Shown here: positions 53,194 to 62,316 of the stretch, one piece after another | How the letters are laid out: every line of letters begins with the position of its first letter | Position numbering within the stretch: the stretch's first letter is position 1 | DNA from: a virus | DNA: 64,000 bases | Strand: one strand, 5' to 3' | IMG/VR virus record: IMGVR_UViG_3300045988_083295 | Coordinates: 1-64,000 of that record | Position numbers and translations under genes: made by a program | The notes under the pieces: model-generated | Database searches by the model: none | The model's input: the letters and a program-made list of their open reading frames with translations, nothing else | Told to the model about the DNA's origin: nothing

Positions 53194-53750
53194 AGAATAT
53201 CAGCAAGGAAGATCTTGAGGGAAGGCTTGCGGCACGGTGTGAATTTTTCTCTCTCGTCCAGCGGATGCGATTCCTGCAACGCAAGTTCTACGAAGAGAAG
53301 CGATGTACAGGGAATGAGAGTCGAGAACTCTACGCGATACTCGACAGAGTGGATGCCATTATCGAACGTGGCGTGACTGCGCTCAAGAAGGCTGGATTGG
53401 TTGAGGATGACCCAGACAAGAGGTGGAACGGTGGGTATGGGAATCTATCCTACTGTCAAAAACCCCCGAGGATTTCATATAATGCCCGTAGAGGCGTTAA
53501 AATCCCGAAGAGGATGGATTTCTTTCTGAGGGTGATGGAGCTTCGTAAATGGCAAATCAGAATCTCAACAACGGGGCAGACTTCCGTATGCCTTACTCCT
53601 CTGTTCGGGCTGTGCGAACTTGTTGACAGGCACATCGCCCAGGGCGAACTACACGACCAACTTGAAACGCTGTCCGAAGAGACGGTGATCTACCCCGACT
53701 ACTCCTACAAGGAAGAACAAGAAACAACAACAGAAGAATATGAAGAATGA
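53190..53750 (+). CDS. Hypothetical protein with an internal duplication.
   Basis: FF.lV..MR..Q...(about 30 aa)...VD..I..G occurs twice. Confidence 0.55.
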   Translation: MKNISKEDLEGRLAARCEFFSLVQRMRFLQRKFYEEKRCTGNESRELYAILDRVDAIIERGVTALKKAGLVEDDPDKRWNGGYGNLSYCQKPPRISYNARRGVKIPKRMDFFLRVMELRKWQIRISTTGQTSVCLTPLFGLCELVDRHIAQGELHDQLETLSEETVIYPDYSYKEEQETTTEEYEE

Positions 53751-54474
53751 ACTTGAACTGAAGATCGACAAACTTGCCGAATGCAGTAAGGAGCTGGGAA
53801 TAGCACCGGTTGAACTGCTCATGACTATCTACATGGAGCTTTGCCTTGGATACGCCTTTGAGGCTACGGGTCAACTGATGCGTGTACCCTACTTCCAGAA
53901 GCACCGAGGCAAGAAGCTATACAACATGGCTCACCGCCTGATGATTGAGAGTGATGACCGAATCTGCCGATTCATCGGTGACAAGGATCGGCTGGACTTC
54001 ATCAACAAGGTGTGTGACGATTACACGGAGCATATCCGCGAGAGCATTACGCGATACCGCGAGACCATCAACAAGATCCTGCTTCGCGGAGATTACCCCT
54101 ACGTGAATGCGTATGTGGCGATGGTGACGGCCTCTTCGGTGATTCACCTTGCCAACGACATGGAGCAGGATTCACTCATCGGAGTGATCAAATCCATCTC
54201 GTTCGTCAATGACGGTGGTGTTATGAAGGTGTTCAAGGGCTACAGCGACTACGTGCAGCACTGCCAGTCCATGAGCGTCAGGAAGTTGCGCGATGCGTTC
54301 CTCCAGATTGAGAAGGAATTCGATACGGTCAGGGAATTGCAGGACAGCCGGGTGACGTTCACACCGACCGACCGCAAGGTTATCGAGAACATATCAAGAG
54401 AGGTGGTCGGGAGATTCTATCAGATCGGAATGCTCGTTGACTCCATCGAGAAGCACTCCCGTAAGGTGGTATAA
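53740..54474 (+). CDS. Hypothetical protein.
   Basis: 244-aa ORF. Confidence 0.55.
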   Translation: MKNELELKIDKLAECSKELGIAPVELLMTIYMELCLGYAFEATGQLMRVPYFQKHRGKKLYNMAHRLMIESDDRICRFIGDKDRLDFINKVCDDYTEHIRESITRYRETINKILLRGDYPYVNAYVAMVTASSVIHLANDMEQDSLIGVIKSISFVNDGGVMKVFKGYSDYVQHCQSMSVRKLRDAFLQIEKEFDTVRELQDSRVTFTPTDRKVIENISREVVGRFYQIGMLVDSIEKHSRKVV

Positions 54475-54504
54475 CTAACAACAATATTAACCAATCAACC
54501 TACA

Positions 54505-54714
54505 ATGACTATGGACATCATCAAGAAACCCATCGTTAAGCACGACATCGACTTGTGCTGCGAGTGTGCAGCATTCTGCCACGAAGACAAGGGTAACCGC
54601 CCCTTCTGCAAGATGAAGCAGAAGTTCCTGCTGAGCGCGTTCACCCAAGCATGCGACAATCCGCAATATCCTGCGGATCTGAGGAAGAAAAAATACCGCA
54701 ACCAAAAGAAGTAG
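54505..54714 (+). CDS. Small Cys-rich protein.
   Basis: CCEC..FC...C pattern. 69 aa. Confidence 0.45.
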   Translation: MTMDIIKKPIVKHDIDLCCECAAFCHEDKGNRPFCKMKQKFLLSAFTQACDNPQYPADLRKKKYRNQKK

Positions 54715-54717
54715 ACT

Positions 54718-55266
54718 ATGGGAGACTATGTAACCAAGGTGATTCCGTTCACCATGGAGCTGGCCGAGATGATTCTCCGAGGCGAGGCCAAGAATTGCGA
54801 AGTGCAGACGCGCGAAGGACTCAAGGCCAGACTCCTTGCAACCGACATCAAGGACGTTAGGACGGTTGCAGCTGCCGTGACTAATGTTGCAGGAATGGAG
54901 GCTGTTGACACGTTCTACCGGGACGGCACTTTCTATGAAGATTCCAAATATTCCGACTAAGACCTTGTGATTCGAGTCAGAACATTCTATCGGGATTACA
55001 AGAACTTCAGACCGACCATGTATCAGGCTTGCCTTGTGCGAGACGTATGTGGATGGTGCGAGTCGGTATGTGTTGGATGGCAAGGTAACGATCCCGACCT
55101 AACCCCGGTATGGTTAAGCTGTAAAGCGAGGATTGCAAGCAAGTTCGAGGCTATCCCCATGACGGCCAACACCATCGGGATTCTAGGTAAGGATATCTCC
55201 TACGAAGAATATGTTAATGAACAGATGAGGGATATACCTCTTAATAAACTGATTGAGAATGACTAA
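54718..55266 (+). pseudogene. Paralogue of ORF 61808-62305, interrupted by one in-frame TAA (54958-54960).
   Basis: Track ORFs 54718-54960 and 54967-55266 are in the same frame. Together they align end to end with the intact 165-aa paralogue. Confidence 0.6.
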
Positions 55267-55807
55267 GAATGATAGATGGAAGACCTTACGTAAGATGGTC
55301 GCACTAGATTGGAAGCTCATTAAATATGGCTGCGGTAGGTTCATCCCTGAAACAGGCATCGCAACCCTATCGTTGATTCTGTTGATATGCGCTGTTGTCG
55401 GTGCGTTCAATGGGTTCGGAGAATTGGCAGCTGGATGCTCTTTCGTGGCGGTTGCATTGCTTTTCGCGCTGGCATTCTCGATCTATAGCGCAAGCAAGGT
55501 TTTTGCTGATAGAGAATTGTTAAACATTCATGCAAGGAAAATGTTGTCGGAGAAATGGAGCACCGATTTGGACGACATTAAGATGGGTAGTGAGGATGGT
55601 GCAATATACATTGTGGTCATCACCCACGTCGGCTATGTATTCCAAGTGAATACGTATGACACCAGATTCGACAACCAAGCCGAAGAAATGCGCTCATCGC
55701 TCGACTTTTTTCGGAAATATCGCAACGCAAAGATTCATTACATCAAGGCTATTGACCTTTTAAAACTATCACTCGATGCTGAAGAGATTCGTCACGAACT
55801 TGAATAA
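55253..55807 (+). CDS. Hypothetical membrane protein.
   Basis: Two hydrophobic helices near the N-terminus. Confidence 0.55.
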   Translation: MRMTKNDRWKTLRKMVALDWKLIKYGCGRFIPETGIATLSLILLICAVVGAFNGFGELAAGCSFVAVALLFALAFSIYSASKVFADRELLNIHARKMLSEKWSTDLDDIKMGSEDGAIYIVVITHVGYVFQVNTYDTRFDNQAEEMRSSLDFFRKYRNAKIHYIKAIDLLKLSLDAEEIRHELE

Positions 55808-56018
55808 GGACTTCCGCGTTAAGCGCAGAAGACATCTGGCCTACGATATGTGGGACAAGGCTAGCCTGCCCGACATAGAATACTTCTACGACTACGCGTT
55901 GCAATATCAGATTCTGCCGTTCATCTGGATAACTATTCAGATATTCTACGATGACGAAGAATGGGTTGCCAAGGCGCAAGCGGAAGAGGCTCTTTATTAC
56001 CTGACAATTAATGATTGA
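55776..56018 (+). CDS. Hypothetical protein.
   Basis: 80-aa ORF. The start is uncertain (alternative ATG at 55848). Confidence 0.4.
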   Translation: MLKRFVTNLNKDFRVKRRRHLAYDMWDKASLPDIEYFYDYALQYQILPFIWITIQIFYDDEEWVAKAQAEEALYYLTIND

Positions 56019-56280
56019 AACGACAATGAAAAAAGTTGAAACAATGGCATGGATGGCCACAAGCAAGATCGGTGTGGTCAACATATTCCTGAAGGAGCCT
56101 AAAATGACTCCCTATGGTGATTACTTCGGTGAAGGCATGGTGGCCACAATTGGAACAGTCGGAGCTGGTAAGTTCCCTAACCACCACGCCTTCATACTCA
56201 CCGATGGAATTGATTTCCCGAAGGAAGGCAATAAGGTTAGAGTGAAGATAACATTCGAAGTCGTAGATGAGCAAGAATGA
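56011..56280 (+). CDS. Hypothetical protein.
   Basis: 89-aa ORF. Confidence 0.45.
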   Translation: MIETTMKKVETMAWMATSKIGVVNIFLKEPKMTPYGDYFGEGMVATIGTVGAGKFPNHHAFILTDGIDFPKEGNKVRVKITFEVVDEQE

Positions 56281-56584
56281 GAAACCTTACCCGTTGACCA
56301 GACCTTTCCTTGATACGGCTGTAGGGGATGATGGGAGGCTGATACTGCACGTCAGGCAAGCCACCAATAAGGGGTATGCCGTGTGCGTATCGGGTGGGGT
56401 ATTCGACCCCTCTTATCCCTCATCCGTCTACAGACGATCAAGAACTAAGGATGACGGCAACATCGCTTCGGCCATTATGGCCAACGAGAGCCTATGCACG
56501 TTCATTGAATATGAAGAGAAGGTATATTTTATTAACTTTGCTTTCTATTACAATCGAAAAATCAACAGCAAACACAAACAATGA
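56267..56584 (+). CDS. Hypothetical protein.
   Basis: 105-aa ORF. Confidence 0.45.
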   Translation: MSKNEKPYPLTRPFLDTAVGDDGRLILHVRQATNKGYAVCVSGGVFDPSYPSSVYRRSRTKDDGNIASAIMANESLCTFIEYEEKVYFINFAFYYNRKINSKHKQ

Positions 56585-56596
56585 TAAACATTATTT

Positions 56597-57547
56597 ATGG
56601 CGAAAGCGAAACCTTTCATCAAGTGGGTTGGAGGTAAGGGTCAACTCCTGGAACAACTAGATGCACAACTCCCAGCTGACTTTGACAGTTGGGACAATAT
56701 AACGTACATTGAGTCGTTTGTGGGTGGTGGTGCAATGCTCTTTTATTTGCTCCAACGCTACCCTAACATCCAACATGCAATAATCAATGATATCAATCCA
56801 GACCTCACTACGTGCTATAAGACAGTAAGAGATAACCCGAAGCAACTGATTGAATCATTGAGAGATATAGAGAATACTTATCTAGCTCTTCAAACCGAGG
56901 AGGCAAGAAAGGATTTCTTTTTGGCTACTCGCGAACGATACAACGAAAAGAATCTAGACTCCATCGAGAATACTACCAAGTTTTTTTTCTTAAACAAAAC
57001 TTGCTTCAACGGATTATACCGTGTCAACAAGAAGGGATTGTTTAATGTCCCCTTTGGCAAATATGCCAATCCTACTATCTGCGATTCTGAGACGATTCTC
57101 AAAGACAGCGAACTTCTCCAACGAGTAGAAATACTTAACGGTGATTTTGAGAAAACTTTTGACTACGCTAATGGTGATACGCTTTTCTACTTTGACCCTC
57201 CTTATCGTCCGCTGAGCGATACGTCCAGCTTTAATGATTACGCAAAAGAAGCATTCAACGATGACGCTCAGATTCGATTGAAAGCGTACTGCGACAGAAT
57301 TCATCAAGCTGGTTTCAAGTTCATGCTAAGCAACTCGGACTGCAAGGGCAAGAATGAAGAAGACAACTTCTTTGATGTTCTTTATTCTTCTTATCAAATT
57401 GAAAGAGTCTGGGCTTCACGTAGCATCAACTCAAACCCCAACAAACGTGGCAAATTAACAGAGATTCTTGTGCATAATTACCAAAACACAAAAGCAACCT
57501 CTTACCACAATGATTTTGGACCATTATTCTCACCGAGCAATATGTGA
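56597..57547 (+). CDS. dam: Dam/DpnM-type N6-adenine DNA methyltransferase (GATC class).
   Basis: PFIKWVGGKGQLL, FVGGGAM, NGLYRVN...FNVPFG and FYFDPPY. Confidence 0.9.
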   Translation: MAKAKPFIKWVGGKGQLLEQLDAQLPADFDSWDNITYIESFVGGGAMLFYLLQRYPNIQHAIINDINPDLTTCYKTVRDNPKQLIESLRDIENTYLALQTEEARKDFFLATRERYNEKNLDSIENTTKFFFLNKTCFNGLYRVNKKGLFNVPFGKYANPTICDSETILKDSELLQRVEILNGDFEKTFDYANGDTLFYFDPPYRPLSDTSSFNDYAKEAFNDDAQIRLKAYCDRIHQAGFKFMLSNSDCKGKNEEDNFFDVLYSSYQIERVWASRSINSNPNKRGKLTEILVHNYQNTKATSYHNDFGPLFSPSNM

Positions 57548-57578
57548 GATCTCACACAAACTGCAAATAAATAATCTT

Positions 57579-57737
57579 ATGCAACAATTCGACACATTCA
57601 TGTCTCAACTTCAAGAGACCAATCAAACTCTTGATTTCTTCTGTGATTTCGACAAAATCTCACAGAATGTAGATGACATCAAGTTAAGCCTTTGCATGCT
57701 TAATATACTCATTGAATATACAGAAGAAACAACATGA
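57579..57737 (+). pseudogene. N-terminal stub (about 52 aa) of a DpnII/MboI-type restriction endonuclease.
   Basis: FDTFMSQLQETNQTLDFFCDFDKISQNVDDIKLSLCMLNILIE resembles my recollection of the DpnII N-terminus (FDEWL...DWTYYTDFPKVYKNVSSIKVALNIMNSLIG). The ORF stops after about 52 codons. Confidence 0.45.
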
Positions 57738-58333
57738 AGAAATATGTAATAAAGTATGCTGATGGAAGCGACCAGCATGAGATGCTGGCCATCCACGAGA
57801 CAAAAGAGTCTGCTGTCAGAGGGTTGATTGAATACATCAAGCTATTTGACAACCCACGTTCTCCTTTTGACTTCAAAATTGAAGAAGTCGAATGTGATAT
57901 AAGTGAGTGTATTGACTCATTTGATAATGCAATGAAATATCTTGGCCTCGAAAGAAATGATGACTTTATCATAGCTCGTGATATTTTATCACAAAACTCT
58001 CTTGAGTTAGGAAAGGTCAAAAAACTTGTTTCGTGTGTCAACCCCAAGCACATTGAAGCGTTGATTGCCTTGAACAAGTTGTTCACCATCGCTGAAGCAT
58101 GGAACAAGGAAGATGGATTTGTACCCGATTTCTCTGATCTGAAACAAGACAAGTGGTATCCCTGGTTCAAGTACGACAATGATGCTACGGGGTTCGTGTA
58201 CGCGGGTACGGCTTACACGCCTACGACTGCGTATGCGCCTTTCGGTTCTCGACTTTGTTTTAAATCGTCCGAGCGCGCCGTGCAATTCGGAAAGCAATTC
58301 GCTGACCTTTACAATTCAGTCTTTCTTTCATAG
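57734..58333 (+). CDS. Hypothetical protein (paralogous C-terminal half with ORF 59156).
   Basis: 199-aa ORF with ATGA overlap. Confidence 0.55.
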   Translation: MKKYVIKYADGSDQHEMLAIHETKESAVRGLIEYIKLFDNPRSPFDFKIEEVECDISECIDSFDNAMKYLGLERNDDFIIARDILSQNSLELGKVKKLVSCVNPKHIEALIALNKLFTIAEAWNKEDGFVPDFSDLKQDKWYPWFKYDNDATGFVYAGTAYTPTTAYAPFGSRLCFKSSERAVQFGKQFADLYNSVFLS

Positions 58334-58360
58334 AAGATTCGATTGATTATATAAAAGAGA

Positions 58361-58648
58361 ATGACAACAAGAAAAATGGAAATAGAAGAATCAAACATCA
58401 GAAGATGGGCCGAGGAATTCGACTATATAAGGAAGTTCGTCAATGCGTCTCCATCATGCTGGAGATGGTGCGAGCCAACCCAGCAAATCCTGAAAATCCT
58501 GCCGCCTGTGGTGGATGACTATTATCTCTGTACATTCATAGTCAAGGGATACAACCGCGACAAGCCGATAATGATCACCGGGTACTACAAAAGACCCCGA
58601 TGGAGCGATTTTTTCTGCCTCTCGGTAAGTCGTGCTGTTGCGACCTGA
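58361..58648 (+). CDS. Hypothetical protein, possibly the 5' part of a frameshifted gene.
   Basis: The ORF ends 12 codons after a T6 run (58609-58614). Confidence 0.45.
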   Translation: MTTRKMEIEESNIRRWAEEFDYIRKFVNASPSCWRWCEPTQQILKILPPVVDDYYLCTFIVKGYNRDKPIMITGYYKRPRWSDFFCLSVSRAVAT

Positions 58649-58812
58649 TTGACAGCAAACGCATAGAAGCGCGTTTCCTTCAGATGGCAAAAGACATCAA
58701 AGGTACATCCCATCTGAGAGCCAGTAAAAAACTTGCCCAAGCATTCCTCGACAACGTGTATACGTCAGGATCAGACAACCAGTCAAGCCCTTCGGGCACA
58801 AAGAAAGATTAA
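58600..58812 (+). CDS. Hypothetical ORF in the -1 frame, possibly the 3' part of a frameshifted gene.
   Basis: Opens just upstream of the same T6 run. Confidence 0.35.
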   Translation: MERFFLPLGKSCCCDLIDSKRIEARFLQMAKDIKGTSHLRASKKLAQAFLDNVYTSGSDNQSSPSGTKKD

Positions 58813-58815
58813 AAC

Positions 58816-59169
58816 ATGAAAGTGCAAGAACAACACTGGAAGGACTTCGATAGATACCTTCTTATCAACGACCACGTCGATGCAAGTGTACGTGTCAGTA
58901 TAAGGAGAAGCGAGCCGGACACTGCCATCATTGACTCTTTATGGGTCTCAGAGAGAGATCGCGGAAATGGGGACGGGGGATTCCTCCTTGAGACGGCAGA
59001 AATGCTTGCCAAATCCAAAGGGTGTAAGTATGTGGCATTAGCGTATGATGAAACGTTCTCCCCGACATGGGTCTTGGATTGGTACAAGCGTATCGGCTAC
59101 AAGCCATACAAGGTTAATTCAATTGGGTGGATTTTACTCAAGAAAGAAATACAAAATGGAAGCAAATAA
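58816..59169 (+). CDS. GNAT-family acetyltransferase.
   Basis: LWVSERDRGNGDGGFLLETAEMLAKSKGCKYVAL...WYKRIGY (acetyl-CoA-binding motif A pattern). Confidence 0.6.
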   Translation: MKVQEQHWKDFDRYLLINDHVDASVRVSIRRSEPDTAIIDSLWVSERDRGNGDGGFLLETAEMLAKSKGCKYVALAYDETFSPTWVLDWYKRIGYKPYKVNSIGWILLKKEIQNGSK

Positions 59170-59641
59170 AAAAACATTCGATTTCCACGAAATCAAGACA
59201 TTTGAAGATGCTTGCCAACGTTTGGGGATTGCTCCTTTCCCTTGTGTCTATCCCGAAAAAGGAAATAAAGAATCAATCTTGCAAGCAGATGCACTTTGCA
59301 AACTGATTGTCATCCAAAAGGCTATCAACAATGGCAAGTGGTGCGACAAATACGGATGGTGTTATTACCCATACTGGATTCTCCGTCCTAACGGGGAAAA
59401 GGAGAGCATGAGTGAGTATGAGAAGCAGAGAATGGGAATTAAACCACTCCTCTCCTGTGCTTTTGAGGCCATTCCGGAGAATTCGGGTGTTCGCAGTTCG
59501 TGTGTGGGTAGTCATGGTGCGATGACGAGTACTGATTATGGTTTCCCATTCCGCTTTAACAGCGAGGAAGCAGCACTATATGCAGCCCAGCAGTTTGAGG
59601 ATTTGTTCTTTAAATTCTACGGAATCAAAGTTAAAGAGTGA
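59156..59641 (+). CDS. Hypothetical protein (paralogue of the 57734 C-terminal half).
   Basis: ATG at 59156 within the track ORF 59045-59641. Confidence 0.55.
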   Translation: MEANKKTFDFHEIKTFEDACQRLGIAPFPCVYPEKGNKESILQADALCKLIVIQKAINNGKWCDKYGWCYYPYWILRPNGEKESMSEYEKQRMGIKPLLSCAFEAIPENSGVRSSCVGSHGAMTSTDYGFPFRFNSEEAALYAAQQFEDLFFKFYGIKVKE

Positions 59642-59701
59642 AACTTGGACGATGTTTTTTCTGGCCTTTGGAAGAATTTAGTAACCAAACAAAAAACAAA
59701 A

Positions 59702-59905
59702 ATGAAAATATCCAAATGGAAAATCACAGCCTTTATCGGGTGGATTGTAGCAACGCTCATCGTTGTCAGCACCACCATGAGAGGCATAAGTAAGGCCGAC
59801 ACGGCAACCAACCTCATCAGTGCAGCTGCACTGTTGGCATGGGTGCTGCTATCTCTTGCAACCAATTGTTTCACTTTTATAAATAACAAAAATGAGAAAA
59901 ATTAA
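59702..59905 (+). CDS. Small two-helix membrane protein.
   Basis: MKISKWKITAFIGWIVATLIVV ... AAALLAWVLLSLATN. 14-nt overlap with the SPFH gene. Confidence 0.5.
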   Translation: MKISKWKITAFIGWIVATLIVVSTTMRGISKADTATNLISAAALLAWVLLSLATNCFTFINNKNEKN

Positions 59906-60674
59906 AATCTTGAGTTTGTCGTTCCTGCTTCTTGCAGGATTGAGCCTGACATCTTGCAGCGAGCGTATTGACGCTGGTTCGGAAGGCATTCTTGTAAACC
60001 TTTATGGCTCTGACAAGGGCGTTGATGATGTGAGCCTCGTCACTGGTCGTGTATGGTACAATCCCTTCACAGAAGAGGTCTATGAGTATCCGACCTTCGT
60101 CCAGACCATCGACTACCCGGCATTCACCATCAATGCCAAGGATGGCTCGGAGTTCACCGTTGACCCTACGGTTTCCCTGAAGATGATTGACGGCAACGCA
60201 CCGCAGGTCTTCAAGAAGTATCGCAAGGACTTGGGCGACATCATCAACGGAACGCTCTTCAACTACGTCAAGGACGCTTTCCGAATCCAGCTCAACAAGT
60301 ACACCACTGACCAGATTGTCAGCAACCGTGATATTGTTGAGCGTGCGATTGAGGCGCAGCTGAGCGAGGCGCTTGCCAAGGAGCATTTTCACCTTGAGCA
60401 GCTGACATCCGGATTGAAATATCCCAAGTCGATTGCGGATGCTGTGAACCAGAAGAACAAAGCCATTCAGGAAGCACAGCGTGCGCTGAACGAGGTCGAA
60501 GTCAAGAAGGCTGAAGCGGAGAAAATGCTCGTACAGGCTCGCGCAGAGCGAGAGGCAAATGAGCTGAAATCCGCATCACTTACTCCAGCGATCCTCAAGA
60601 AGATGTGGATTGAGAGATGGGACGGCAAGCTCCCCGTCTACGGGAACGTTCCGCAGATCATGTTGGCGAAGTAA
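59892..60674 (+). CDS. SPFH/Band-7 (prohibitin-like) lipoprotein.
   Basis: Signal peptide plus lipobox-like LSLTSC. SPFH core, then a coiled AEAEKMLVQARAEREANEL segment. Confidence 0.7.
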   Translation: MRKIKILSLSFLLLAGLSLTSCSERIDAGSEGILVNLYGSDKGVDDVSLVTGRVWYNPFTEEVYEYPTFVQTIDYPAFTINAKDGSEFTVDPTVSLKMIDGNAPQVFKKYRKDLGDIINGTLFNYVKDAFRIQLNKYTTDQIVSNRDIVERAIEAQLSEALAKEHFHLEQLTSGLKYPKSIADAVNQKNKAIQEAQRALNEVEVKKAEAEKMLVQARAEREANELKSASLTPAILKKMWIERWDGKLPVYGNVPQIMLAK

Positions 60675-60778
60675 CATTCCATGTATGCCTATCCTTAACC
60701 ATTAGTAGTTAAGGATAGGTATCATTCCAGACTCTGCACGAAAAGCGGAAACAGCTTAAAAAAACAAATCGAACAATT

Positions 60779-61477
60779 ATGAATGAGAACATTAACCTCG
60801 TGGAGATTCTCCGCGATTACCCTAGGAATATGATTTTTTACAGCCCCGTTTATGGGGATGTAATGTTCGTCGGAATCAAGAAGAGAGGCACCGTAAATAC
60901 TATAATCGTGAGGCAGTTCGGTAAAAACCATGTCAACACGTTTACAGAGGATGGCCGTATTTTGTCTATTCCAGACACAGAATGTGCGTTATTCCCCTCA
61001 AAAGAATTGCGCGACTGGAGTAAATTCTGGAAGAATGGGGATATCCTGATCAAGGATGATACGCCTGACAAGATCTACAGATTCGACGGTTATCTGGACA
61101 AGACCTACATGAACTTCAGAGCTTTATCACTTAAGACCGATGGCGAATGTTCAACCTTAACCGTAAAGGGTGTTGCACCATTCAAGCTGGCCTCAGAGGA
61201 CTATATCATGGGGTTCTTTGCCAAACTGCACGAGGTGCCTGGTGAAGTGATAGATGTTGAGTGCGTGCCTAACGACCGAGAAGATGAACCGAGACAGCAT
61301 TTCAAACCGTATGCCAAGGTGGTTGTTCGCTATGACGACTGGCAATATTGGGTGTGCGGATTGTTCAGTCACATATCTCCAGAAGGTGAATATGTCTGCG
61401 TTAACGGGATCTACTACAAGCAATGTCTCCCCTATGAAGGTAATGAGCACTTGGTTGGAACGACTAATAACCCCTAG
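60779..61477 (+). CDS. Hypothetical protein.
   Basis: 232-aa ORF. Confidence 0.55.
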   Translation: MNENINLVEILRDYPRNMIFYSPVYGDVMFVGIKKRGTVNTIIVRQFGKNHVNTFTEDGRILSIPDTECALFPSKELRDWSKFWKNGDILIKDDTPDKIYRFDGYLDKTYMNFRALSLKTDGECSTLTVKGVAPFKLASEDYIMGFFAKLHEVPGEVIDVECVPNDREDEPRQHFKPYAKVVVRYDDWQYWVCGLFSHISPEGEYVCVNGIYYKQCLPYEGNEHLVGTTNNP

Positions 61478-61478
61478 C

Positions 61479-61823
61479 ATGAGCAGAAGAGTTATTTACT
61501 TCGGCACAGAGGGGTGTGGCCGCGCAGGACACTACCCCCTTGGAATCAACTGTGAATTGTCTCGTGAGGAATATGAGCAGGTATTCAATGTTGACAAACT
61601 CTCTCCAGATGGCTTCTTCCGATTCGATGAGTTCCTTGGGTATGGTGTTCCCTTCTCCCCCGATGACATGCGAGGAGGGTGTAAGACGATTGTCCTTGTT
61701 GAGAATGGCACTGAAGACGAGATCATCTACTGCATCAACAATAATGAATTTCTCAATAGGCAGTTCAACAGAGTAAAAGAAATGTACAATTTAAAAATTC
61801 CATTCCTATGCGTAAAAACTTAA
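61479..61823 (+). CDS. Hypothetical protein.
   Basis: First sensible ATG (MSRRVIYFGTEG...) in the track ORF 61254-61823. Confidence 0.5.
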   Translation: MSRRVIYFGTEGCGRAGHYPLGINCELSREEYEQVFNVDKLSPDGFFRFDEFLGYGVPFSPDDMRGGCKTIVLVENGTEDEIIYCINNNEFLNRQFNRVKEMYNLKIPFLCVKT

Positions 61824-62305
61824 TAAAGATTATTCCATTTGACCTTAAAAAGGCAAAGAGGATTATGAATGGGGAGATGAAGGGGGTGATAACGGATGGG
61901 CTTGGACGTAAAGCTCGCATTGTCGCTACAGACGTTGCAGGAGAGCAGCCAATTCTAGCGTTAGTTGATTATTTCGATAGGGAAGAGACACCGCAGCTAT
62001 ACAATATAGACGGAACCCTCCCCAGTGACAGAGGAAAAGATCTTCATATTGTTGTCAATTCAAGATTCAAGGATTACTCAAACTTCACCCCTTCTCTCTT
62101 CCAATCCTGCTTGGCTCGGGAAGGTAAAGGTTATGTATGGAAGGTGTGCGTCTTCTTGGGGAAGACCACATATGGGAGTATGACTTTCCTCATGAGCGAC
62201 AACGAGGAACACGAATTCCCCGAATACCTTCCGCTATCCAAGGACACCTACGGCCTTATTGATTCAACAAGCTCCTACAATGATTATATTAGCGAATTGA
62301 TTTAA
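61808..62305 (+). CDS. Hypothetical protein (intact paralogue of 54718-55266).
   Basis: 165 aa with KIIPF...KARIVATDV...DLHIVV...FKDYSNFTPSLFQSCLAR. Confidence 0.6.
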   Translation: MRKNLIKIIPFDLKKAKRIMNGEMKGVITDGLGRKARIVATDVAGEQPILALVDYFDREETPQLYNIDGTLPSDRGKDLHIVVNSRFKDYSNFTPSLFQSCLAREGKGYVWKVCVFLGKTTYGSMTFLMSDNEEHEFPEYLPLSKDTYGLIDSTSSYNDYISELI

Positions 62306-62316
62306 AAACGAAGAAA

